Source of the DNA: a virus
Lineage: Duplodnaviria > Caudoviricetes
Reading direction: 5' to 3' (one strand)
DNA length: 64,000 bases
Virus record (IMG/VR): IMGVR_UViG_3300009692_000020
Location: 445-64,444 of that record
Numbering within the stretch: the stretch's first letter is position 1; the number at the start of each line of letters is the position of its first letter. The notes beneath the pieces are model-generated. The model worked only from the letters and a program-made list of their open reading frames with translations, searched no databases and was not told the DNA's origin. Shown here piece after piece: positions 29,310-37,415 of this stretch. Position numbers and translations under genes: made by a program.

Positions 29310-30324
29310 GTTCATACATAAAGCACACGTCTACGATCCAAAGAAGCACATTATCAATCCGAGTGATTGGTACATCAGCGAAAAGCTAGATGGTAGGTAC
29401 TTCATTTGGGATGGTGGCGTCACTGTGGGTATGCCCGCGAAGAATGTAACATGGGCGAATACTAAGAAGGATAAGCGCGAGATGATTAGCACTGGACTAT
29501 GGTCTTCCTTGGGGAAGGTTATAACTGCTCCGCCTTTCATCATCGAGCAACTGATGCAACATCCTTATCTTCTCGAAGGTGAGTTGTACCTCGGTCGAGG
29601 ACAGTTCCAAGAATGTATGAGCATAACCAAGAGGCTCGACTACACCGAACAGGACATCAAGAATTGGGAACGAATCAACTTGATGGTGTTCGGTGCGCCT
29701 ATGGTTCGTTACTTCCTTGAGCCGAGAGTCATCAGCAAGACGGATGTGATAATTCCTGTCCAAGCTGAATCCTATTGGCGTGATTTGGGAATCAAGGAAC
29801 TATGCCAAAGTAGTACATTCGGAGCGACCTATGAGAGACTAAGCGGAATTAATTGGAATGGTAACATCTGCTTGGTGGACTACACGAACCTCAGCACTAC
29901 CAACATCAATCAAGCATTGAAAGAGGTTTGCGATAAAGGCGGTGAAGGTCTAATGCTTAGGGCAAGTTACGATGTATGGATGGCGAAACGATGCAATACC
30001 ATACTTAAAATCAAACCTTGGAAAGATGATGAAGGATACGTTACCGGATACATCGCCGGTAAGGAAGGCAAGACAGGCAAGATGTTAGGTATGATTGGTG
30101 CATTAGTCATAGGTTGGCATGGCAAGAGCTTCGAGTTGAGTGGCATGACCGATGCGGAAAGAACCTTTCATCCAAATGAGGATATGATTCCCGGATATAA
30201 ATGTGTGGGTATTAGTCCTCATTTCCCGTTAGGAAAGAAGATTACTTTCCGGTATCGTGAACTGACAGTTGATGGCGTTCCAAAGGAAGCAAGGTATCAT
30301 AGACCTTACATGGAGGAAGAATGA
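29224..30324 (+). CDS. ATP-dependent DNA ligase (likely start 29302)
   Basis: SEKLDG, LEGELY, GGEGLMLR, LKIK; OB domain with ITFRYRELTVDGVPKEARY. Confidence 0.9.
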   Translation: MCVYETRVIYSINLNKRIYQYRRTIQMAEFIHKAHVYDPKKHIINPSDWYISEKLDGRYFIWDGGVTVGMPAKNVTWANTKKDKREMISTGLWSSLGKVITAPPFIIEQLMQHPYLLEGELYLGRGQFQECMSITKRLDYTEQDIKNWERINLMVFGAPMVRYFLEPRVISKTDVIIPVQAESYWRDLGIKELCQSSTFGATYERLSGINWNGNICLVDYTNLSTTNINQALKEVCDKGGEGLMLRASYDVWMAKRCNTILKIKPWKDDEGYVTGYIAGKEGKTGKMLGMIGALVIGWHGKSFELSGMTDAERTFHPNEDMIPGYKCVGISPHFPLGKKITFRYRELTVDGVPKEARYHRPYMEEE

Positions 30325-30475
30325 CATTTTTTATTGATATTTCAAAACCACCATGCAAATTCTTTTATTTTAAAAGTAGACATATGGTTCAGATCGGTTA
30401 TAAGTATATTGCTATTGGAATAATATTTCATAGCATTGGCGAATATACACAAATGATTGAAAACAAACAAATAGA

Positions 30476-30673
30476 ATGGGTGATGAAATGATCACAATAC
30501 ACAAAGTTGATTTGTTTTTCATTCTGATAGCTATAGTGGTATCGTTCTTTATTGTACTACTTATTGCTACCTTAGTGAAGCATGATCGTCGAATCAAAGC
30601 GTTGGAAAACAAGAACATGATTCGTGCTATCATTTACGATGGCAAACTCTATGAGGTAAAGGAAATCAAATGA
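30476..30673 (+). CDS. Small membrane protein
   Basis: One hydrophobic segment LFFILIAIVVSFFIVLLIA. Confidence 0.55.
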   Translation: MGDEMITIHKVDLFFILIAIVVSFFIVLLIATLVKHDRRIKALENKNMIRAIIYDGKLYEVKEIK

Positions 30674-30828
30674 AACTATATAAAGATTTGACAATCGAAG
30701 AAGAAAAAGAATATCGTCAGTGGGCGCGAGATAACTATATTCCTTTCGATCCGATTAAAGGAATATGGCATTGGGTAGTACAGGATGAATGTGTCAAAAT
30801 AAACAAGGAGATGGGTACACGTGAATAA
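30670..30828 (+). CDS. 52 aa hypothetical protein
   Basis: Manual translation MKLYKDLTIEEEKEYRQWARDNY...; ATGA overlap. Confidence 0.55.
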   Translation: MKLYKDLTIEEEKEYRQWARDNYIPFDPIKGIWHWVVQDECVKINKEMGTRE

Positions 30829-31009
30829 AGAAATCATGAAGAAGGTTGGCTTCGTGAAGGAACTGGAACAGATTGAGATGGGAAACTGTCCACTGTGCCA
30901 CAACAAGGTCGAAGCCAAGGATTTCGAAGATGAGTTATCCGTTAAGGAGTTCAAGATTAGCGGAATATGTCAGAGTTGTCAAGATAAAATATGGGAGAGA
31001 AAGAAATGA
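30821..31009 (+). CDS. Zn-finger microprotein
   Basis: CPLC...ISGICQSCQD. Confidence 0.65.
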   Translation: MNKEIMKKVGFVKELEQIEMGNCPLCHNKVEAKDFEDELSVKEFKISGICQSCQDKIWERKK

Positions 31010-31218
31010 ATGATCGTGAATTAGTTGAAGAGATTAGAAGGATTCGTGAATCGAAGCGCAACCTCGATGACATCAAGATTCCTATCTTGGTGGAGTTCAA
31101 AGGTCGCGCTTATACCATCGACGGAATAATGATTGTTCCGCCAGTACAAGTTAAACAGATATACAATGAGGAAGGACATCGCATTGTATTATCATTAAAT
31201 GAGGAAAGCGGTAAATGA
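30991..31218 (+). CDS. Hypothetical protein
   Basis: ORF track. Confidence 0.5.
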   Translation: MGEKEMNDRELVEEIRRIRESKRNLDDIKIPILVEFKGRAYTIDGIMIVPPVQVKQIYNEEGHRIVLSLNEESGK

Positions 31219-31439
31219 CACAGAAACAAGCATTAGCGAAGCTGAGGAAATTGGCAGGTAAGCATGATTTCTTCTCCGTCGACAAATGTATGTATGGTGA
31301 TAAACGAATCACCTACACCATGTATGTTAATATCGGAGTGGGTGAGGGTGTCATGGCTTACCAAATGGAAAGCATGGAAGCGTGTTTAATCGATATAGAG
31401 AAACAATTAAAGGAGAGAAATGAATTACCGAACACATGA
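31215..31439 (+). CDS. Hypothetical protein
   Basis: ORF track; ATGA overlap. Confidence 0.55.
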   Translation: MTQKQALAKLRKLAGKHDFFSVDKCMYGDKRITYTMYVNIGVGEGVMAYQMESMEACLIDIEKQLKERNELPNT

Positions 31440-32589
31440 TGGAAAGACTTTAATATTCAAGCCGATTTACGGGGAAGTGCCACCGCTTCGTCGACCTAAA
31501 TTCCTATCCCCTACGTCGGTCAATCAGTTCTACAAGTATCCCGACGAGTTCTTCCTCCAAAGGATTTGTGCTAATCCGCCGGAGAAGATTCCGCAGACCG
31601 TTCCTATGGGCGTGGGATCGTCGTTCGATGCGTTCGCGAAGTCGTGGCTTTACGAGAAACTGATTGGGAAATCCGCGGGCACGGAATACGACCTCGAAAC
31701 TATGCTTACTACGCAGGTCGAAGCGAGTCATAGTGTAAGGAACAGAGAGTTCCTTGTTAATGCCGGTCGATACGCCTTCCGTTGCTATATGCAATCCGGT
31801 GCTTTGGCATCGTTAGCTATGGATATGGGCAAGGCGATTGAGGGATCAATTAAAATGGAGAAAACGGTCACGCGAACTATGCACGGCGTACCATTGTTAG
31901 GTAAGCCCGATCTTTGTTTCCAAACCGCTTGCGCGTCCGATGGCAACAAAATCGCGACGTTCATCCTCGATTGGAAAGTCAATGGCTTCATGAGCGCATC
32001 GACAACAAGTCCAAAGAAAGGGTATAGTGTGTTACGTGATGGTTGGGATGAAACGATTGGCGCACATTCCAAGAACCACAATAAAGCACACAAAGATTAT
32101 ATGCATCACAACGTGTGCGGTATCAATGTCAATGGTATGTTGAACCTCGAAACGGTCAGCGAAGAATGGGCAGGACAGGTCGTGACCTATGCTTGGGCAC
32201 TCGGCGCGGAAGTGGGTGACGAGATATACTGCGGTATTGATCAACTCTGTTGTAAGCAATTAAGGGATAGGGGAATGATGTCGGCTTCGGAGTATGAGGA
32301 ACTCGTGATTGCACAATCCCTTATGCCGGAGATACGAATCGCCAGTTTCCGTATGGGTGTCGGTAAGGACTTCCAAAAATCTCTGATGGAGAAGTATATA
32401 TACTTGTGGAGTATACTGGCTCTCGACGACGAAAGGCTCAAGAAGATGTTTTTCAAGCATACGCTCAGCGAGTTCGAAGTGAACCCCGAATTAGCTTCGG
32501 TGAACCAGTGCGAAATGTTAATTAACAGTTGCATGATTGCGCCATCGGACAATGATAAATGGTTAGATACCATGACGCGAGCGCGATAG
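31420..32589 (+). CDS. PD-(D/E)XK exonuclease (RecB/Cas4-like)
   Basis: FLSPTSV, MGVGSSFD, GKPDL, ILDWKV, QVVTY. Confidence 0.75.
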   Translation: MNYRTHDGKTLIFKPIYGEVPPLRRPKFLSPTSVNQFYKYPDEFFLQRICANPPEKIPQTVPMGVGSSFDAFAKSWLYEKLIGKSAGTEYDLETMLTTQVEASHSVRNREFLVNAGRYAFRCYMQSGALASLAMDMGKAIEGSIKMEKTVTRTMHGVPLLGKPDLCFQTACASDGNKIATFILDWKVNGFMSASTTSPKKGYSVLRDGWDETIGAHSKNHNKAHKDYMHHNVCGINVNGMLNLETVSEEWAGQVVTYAWALGAEVGDEIYCGIDQLCCKQLRDRGMMSASEYEELVIAQSLMPEIRIASFRMGVGKDFQKSLMEKYIYLWSILALDDERLKKMFFKHTLSEFEVNPELASVNQCEMLINSCMIAPSDNDKWLDTMTRAR

Positions 32590-32626
32590 ATTCAGTTTAC
32601 ACATTTCATTGACAAAAGTTACCAAT

Positions 32627-32674
32627 GGGCATTTCTCGGAGTCGGTTTTACAAAACCTTCGGGAAATGCCCTTT
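32627..32674 (+). terminator. Intrinsic terminator-like hairpin ending the rightward operon
   Basis: gggcatttctcg...cgggaaatgccc with inner ggtttt/aaaacc, followed by ttt. Confidence 0.6.
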
Positions 32675-32820
32675 AATTGCGTAGTAACCGCTTAAATTTC
32701 GATTTTACAGGCTTTTACGTGTCCGTACTGGCTGAAAACTTAGGCTTGCTTTACGGAGTTACTGACAGGAGACCAGTATATGTACATATATAGGGGAGTA
32801 TGCTTATCATATTTGACGAA

Positions 32821-32861
32821 GTTAGTTAGTTAGTTAGTAAGTATATTAGTAAGTAAGTTAG
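32821..32861. repeat. GTTA/GTAAG tandem repeat
   Basis: gttagttagttagttagtaagtatattagtaagtaagttag; resembles the reverse complement of 14398-14420. Confidence 0.75.
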
Positions 32862-33151
32862 AATCCAGCCTCAAAATGATTCTGAATCCGACTTCCCTTT
32901 ACTGACCAAATCCAAACTCGTAAAACTAACATTGTTAATCTTGGCACTAAATCATGTAATCTTCGGAGTACCGAAGAATCAATCCGGAATTTACCACGAA
33001 GCCAGTTTTCGCGATACATTGTATTTTATGATTCGCTAAGATCAGCAAATCATGATTAATGCTTTTTAGCGCTTTTACAGGCGGAAATGGATGCAGGGCG
33101 GAGAATCAGCGCCTTATGTGGTGATTCTGCCGTCATCGGTTTACAGGCACG

Positions 33152-33188
33152 AAAAATGGCGCATAATCGGGGTAAATTATGCGCCATT
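33152..33188 (-). terminator. Intrinsic terminator of the leftward operon
   Basis: 13 bp stem aatggcgcataat/attatgcgccatt with a U-tract on the minus strand. Confidence 0.8.
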
Positions 33189-33222
33189 CATGATCAAAAA
33201 GGACTAATTTTACTTGTTTACT

Positions 33223-33399
33223 TCATGCCATCCTCCTTTCTTCTAATGATTCGAGAATCATGACGATGAATTTGTGCAGTTTAGTGAATTTCCTGCTCAA
33301 TTCCGCAAGATACAGATAGCTTTTCTTGTAACTTTTGAAATCTCCGTCGACGATGGCATCCAAGCAATACATCGTGTGCAATTCAATTAGCTTTTCCAT
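33223..33399 (-). CDS. 58 aa hypothetical protein
   Basis: Manual translation MEKLIELHTMYCLDAIVDGDF...ERRMA. Confidence 0.5.
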   Translation of the reverse strand: MEKLIELHTMYCLDAIVDGDFKSYKKSYLYLAELSRKFTKLHKFIVMILESLEERRMA

Positions 33400-33569
33400 T
33401 GTACCGGATTCCTTTCCTTTGTTGCTTCGGTATACATACGATTCAATTCTTTGTAAAAATCGGGAAAATTTCGGAAATCTTCGATGATGTCGTCGGCGTT
33501 GTCATAGTCATGCATAATAAGCGAATCAAAGAAGTATTCCAAAAGAGTTTCTGTTGTACTTTTCATCAT
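33387..33569 (-). CDS. Hypothetical protein
   Basis: ORF track. Confidence 0.55.
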   Translation of the reverse strand: MMKSTTETLLEYFFDSLIMHDYDNADDIIEDFRNFPDFYKELNRMYTEATKERNPVQWKS

Positions 33570-33583
33570 AATTTTCCCCTTTG

Positions 33584-33820
33584 TTACTGATTCATCAATC
33601 GTTTTAAAATTTCCTCGCGAACATATTGCGCCTTTACAGAGTCATTTTTCTTCAATTCTGTAAACGCGCAAGATAGATACTTGATGTATGAATCATTCGC
33701 AAATAGCTTTTCCGAATAATCCGAGAAAATGCCGAAGTTTTGACGGCAATAATTTGCCAAATCAAAATTCGTCATATTAACGAATTTATCGGAATAAACA
33801 ATTTTATAAATATCATCCAT
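33584..33820 (-). CDS. Hypothetical protein
   Basis: ORF track; AAGGA SD; TTGATT-N17-TATATA promoter near 33890-33920 on the minus strand. Confidence 0.6.
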   Translation of the reverse strand: MDDIYKIVYSDKFVNMTNFDLANYCRQNFGIFSDYSEKLFANDSYIKYLSCAFTELKKNDSVKAQYVREEILKRLMNQ

Positions 33821-33961
33821 TTTGTTCCTTAAATAATTGAATATTGCTTTCCGCTTTCCGATTTTATTTATTTCTCAAAACATAGCCAGTATATAAAGGC
33901 TATTACAATAAAAATCAATAAAAACGAAATCTCATTCATGGGATTTCCCGTCCCATGTTAG

Positions 33962-34879
33962 TTAGTTGCTTTTTGCCTTGACGTAATCTTTCAACTCGGA
34001 ATCAGTAATTTCACCTAAAACCCATGAAAGAGTTTTCCGCACGATAGCATTTTCAGTGCCTTTTGACATATTTTCTATGTCGGACTTTGACCGCTTTACG
34101 GATTTTTTCTTATCATCCGGTTGGCGGTTTATTTCCTTTAGTTCCTCGACCTTATCTTCGAACGCTTTTGGAGGTTCGGAAACCTTTGTTTCCGGATTAG
34201 CCTTTACAAGTTCGTTCCAAAATTCAGAAAGTATTTTAATATCTTTCTGAGTTAGGTCGGAATTCCGACCTTGCCATGCCTTTATATATTCCTCTTGAAC
34301 GGAAACAGGCAAAAGGGCAAGACGGCGGAAATTCTGAATAGTGCCGTGGTGCTTTTCGAAAATTACTTTTTCTTCGGCGCGGTCGGCATCTTCATGCATT
34401 TCGACCGCCTCTTTTCGAGCATCTTTTATCTTTTCCGGCGATGGACTACCGAAAGAGGAATTCAGAAGCATTTTACAACGCTTTATTATTGCCGAATCAC
34501 CGAAAGACAAAAGGAAAAATTCCTTTATTGCCTTGAAACATTCCGCTTTTGAAAGCGGTGTTTCCTCATTATGGTCCATAAGAATTTCCAACATATCCAA
34601 TTCCGTTAATCCGCTTTTCGGAATAACAATACACGGAATAGTTTTGATATGTTCGAATTTCATGGCACTTGCCCAACGGCGGTGACCTTGCCCTATTTCA
34701 AATTTTCCCGAACCATCATCAAAGACAACGCAAGGCTTTTTAATTCCTGTTGTAGTCTTTTCATCTTTGAGCGTATCATCTATATCAAAGGTGATAAGTT
34801 CAATTCTCGGATTTTTGACGTTAGGAAAGCACTTGTCTTTTGCTATTTCCTGAATTTTAAGACCTTTAAGATTAATCAT
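33962..34879 (-). CDS. ParB-like protein 3 (divergent)
   Basis: NPRIEL, GIKKPCVVF, IGQGHRRW, IPCIV, DHNEE. Confidence 0.75.
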   Translation of the reverse strand: MINLKGLKIQEIAKDKCFPNVKNPRIELITFDIDDTLKDEKTTTGIKKPCVVFDDGSGKFEIGQGHRRWASAMKFEHIKTIPCIVIPKSGLTELDMLEILMDHNEETPLSKAECFKAIKEFFLLSFGDSAIIKRCKMLLNSSFGSPSPEKIKDARKEAVEMHEDADRAEEKVIFEKHHGTIQNFRRLALLPVSVQEEYIKAWQGRNSDLTQKDIKILSEFWNELVKANPETKVSEPPKAFEDKVEELKEINRQPDDKKKSVKRSKSDIENMSKGTENAIVRKTLSWVLGEITDSELKDYVKAKSN

Positions 34880-35238
34880 TTACGCACCTCATTTTTGAGG
34901 AAAGCGGAAAAGCAATATTCAATCATTTAATGAAATTTGATTAAGATTATTTGAAATCGTAATCCAGTAAAAAAGTTTTTATCTTTTTTAATTTCCCTGT
35001 TGTATTTTGTTTTCAGCTTGGATTTTCAAAATCCCGTTTTTGAAAAACAAAACACTATTTAATTATCAATGAACATAGGATATATAATATCCTTATATAT
35101 AGTATATCCTTAATTTAATAGTTCAAACAAAAGTAAAAAATAATTGAAAATAATTTTCTGAATTTACAGCATACTAAAAATTATTTTCAAGCCTTTACAA
35201 AATAAATTGAAAATATTTTTTAGTGCCTCTTGAAATTT

Positions 35239-35412
35239 TTAATTTAGTTCAATTGAAATATGCTTTAATAAAAGCCTTTTTTCCTTGTAAAGTCTAAAAT
35301 GTCTTTCCTGTAAAATATCATTTCCTCTTTTGTTTAAATAGCTTTCAAGCCTTTTTAGTTTCCTATTTACTCTTTCCAGTTTGTTTATTAATTCCATTAT
35401 TCCGCTTTTCAT
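35239..35412 (-). CDS. 57 aa basic coiled-coil microprotein (cassette B)
   Basis: Manual translation MKSGIMELINKLERVNRKLKRLESYLNK...ISIELN; SD AAAAGGTGAT. Confidence 0.65.
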   Translation of the reverse strand: MKSGIMELINKLERVNRKLKRLESYLNKRGNDILQERHFRLYKEKRLLLKHISIELN

Positions 35413-35496
35413 GTTATCACCTTTTGGCTATTCAAGAGGCACTAAAAAATATTTTCTATACTGTTGTATATTGTATATCTTGCCTTTTGCCTTTTG

Positions 35497-35811
35497 TTAA
35501 TTGACAATTCCAAGTAATAGAATTTTATTTTGATATTCGTAATTCAAAAATAAATTTTCTTCAAGCGGAATAAGTTTTAAATATATTTCCGTTTTCTTTG
35601 TTTGCTCTTTAATAAAAAATATCTCAAAAGCATTTTCAATTATTAAATGATATTCCGCTTTCCAGTATGCATGGTCAATTACTTTTGTTTCCTTGTGTTG
35701 TATAACGTATGACATAACCGCTTGAATTAAATATCTATCTTGTATTGTTTCCATACTGGATAAATAATTAAGGCAAGTAAAACCATCTATCTTTAAAATT
35801 TTAATTTCCAT
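35497..35811 (-). CDS. Hypothetical protein (cassette C)
   Basis: ORF track; SD AAAAGGTGAT. Confidence 0.65.
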   Translation of the reverse strand: MEIKILKIDGFTCLNYLSSMETIQDRYLIQAVMSYVIQHKETKVIDHAYWKAEYHLIIENAFEIFFIKEQTKKTEIYLKLIPLEENLFLNYEYQNKILLLGIVN

Positions 35812-35910
35812 TTTATCACCTTTTCAAAAGGCAAGCTATACAATATACAACAGTATTTTTATTTTGTTTGAAAAATTATTCTATTGTGAATCTGTTGTAT
35901 CTTGTTTGTT

Positions 35911-36204
35911 TTAGTAATTCGTTATCATACTTTGCGCGGTCGCTAAAGCGTCATCGAAATTCGTCGCGAAATATTCGTTGTCTTTTTGTCTTTTCCCATT
36001 TACATAAATTTGAACAACGAATTCACCATAAGCGTTTTTCCTATTCGGAATATTTGCATAAGATATTTTTTCAATTCTAATATTTTGTAATTCTGTTTTG
36101 CAATTGAATTTTTGTATTGCCTCAGATTCGCAAGAGGCGTCAATAATTAAATTGCGTTTTTCGTTAGTACCAAAAATTACGAAATGATAATTAAAAATTT
36201 TCAT
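35911..36204 (-). CDS. Hypothetical protein (cassette D)
   Basis: ORF track; SD AAAAAGGTGAT. Confidence 0.65.
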   Translation of the reverse strand: MKIFNYHFVIFGTNEKRNLIIDASCESEAIQKFNCKTELQNIRIEKISYANIPNRKNAYGEFVVQIYVNGKRQKDNEYFATNFDDALATAQSMITNY

Positions 36205-36798
36205 TGTATCACCTTTTTATTTTCGATACAACAGATTACAATAGAATAATTTTTCAATTAGGATAACAAGTTTTTATCTTGTTATTATTTACCTTTGTTT
36301 TAATTTGTAGCTTTGCACGTTCGTGCCAGTTTTTACAAACTTCAAACTATTATATTATCAATGAACATAGGATATATTATTATCCTATAATAATATAATT
36401 GTCATTCGTAAATAAACAAACTATACAAGCAAAATAAATAAAATATTTTAAAAATAGTTTTGTTGTATCGCGTTGTGATTCAACAACCATTTACAACAGG
36501 CGGTGGGTTATAATTGTTGTAGTAAGTTGTGAAATTTTCCAAGTCCGCCGAACCCTCCATCGAAACTCACATATATGGTGTATTTAATACTTCATACGGA
36601 TTGCACAATCCGAGAGCCAGTGGGTAATTGTTACACGAGTCGTTGGCAAATGTTAAAAGTGAATCGGCATTTATGATTTTTATATTTTCGCGGGAAGGCA
36701 CTACTTGTTATTATTTGTGTTTTGTAGTATAGTAAGTGAAAATGTATGATTGCATAATCATGGCAGTAAAGTGTGTAAGCTGATGGAGTAATCGTTTT

Positions 36799-37341
36799 AT
36801 GATTGATAAAGAACGAATCAAACGGGTAACGGATGAACGCGATCCTAATCGGTGTCAAGCCGGTTCACAGGCTCATGGGCAGTGTCTCAACGTTGCCGAA
36901 GTGGGTTCGAAGTATTGTTTGGCACACGGCGGTGATACTGCTACTACCGAGGCGAAGGAGAAGAACCTCCGCAACTACCGATTGACGAAGTTCCATACTC
37001 GCGCAGCGGAGATGCGGGAATCAAGTGGCATTAAGGACTTGCGCGATGAGATTGCTATACTTCGTATGACTCTCGAAGAGAAGATGAACGCCTTCGAAAA
37101 TGCAAGCGAGATGATTCTTCAATCCGGCGCGATTAGCGAACTCATACTGAAGATCGAGAAACTGGTGACGAGTTGCCATAAATTGGAGAAGGACATGGGC
37201 GTCACTATTGAGAAGACCACGGTTATAAGGATGGCAGAGCAGATTGTCGGAATCATAAACAAATACGTTACAGATAAAGAAACGATTGAGAATATTGTGC
37301 GCGAAATGCAGGTCGCTTTAACGGAGAGGAAAGAATCATGA
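36799..37341 (+). CDS. Putative terminase small subunit
   Basis: Directly upstream of TerL; CQA...QC...YCLAHGG motif followed by helical DLRDEIAILR. Confidence 0.6.
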   Translation: MIDKERIKRVTDERDPNRCQAGSQAHGQCLNVAEVGSKYCLAHGGDTATTEAKEKNLRNYRLTKFHTRAAEMRESSGIKDLRDEIAILRMTLEEKMNAFENASEMILQSGAISELILKIEKLVTSCHKLEKDMGVTIEKTTVIRMAEQIVGIINKYVTDKETIENIVREMQVALTERKES

Positions 37342-37415
37342 AGAAGCATATGAAACCTAGGCGCGTTAAACGTATTCATAGAGAGAATCATAAAGAGGGT
37401 AGACGCGAAAGATGA
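37338..37415 (+). CDS. 25 aa basic micro-ORF coupled between terS and terL
   Basis: MKKHMKPRRVKRIHRENHKEGRRER; ATGA overlap at both ends. Confidence 0.4.
   Translation: MKKHMKPRRVKRIHRENHKEGRRER

Larger units (their letters stand above)
33836..36257. repeat. Array of gene-flanking inverted repeats
   Basis: Pairs 33836-33859/34899-34923, 35209-35234/35431-35456, 35458-35489/35825-35856 and 35868-35901/36225-36257; short empty pair 35144-35157/35177-35190. Confidence 0.9.
35062..36377. repeat. 24 bp perfect direct repeat pair
   Basis: attatcaatgaacataggatatat at 35062-35085 and 36354-36377. Confidence 0.9.

Noticed and set aside
31420-32589. cas4 call
   Set aside because: The Fe-S cysteine pattern is not evident (KYP where CP is expected) and there is no CRISPR context; kept as a generic PD-(D/E)XK nuclease
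33836-34923. IS element or MITE
   Set aside because: The enclosed ORF is ParB-like, not a transposase, and no target-site duplications were identified
33836-36377. CRISPR array or integron interpretation of the repeats
   Set aside because: Repeats are inverted and differ between pairs, spacing is gene-sized, and there are no attC GTTRRRY cores, cas genes or integrase
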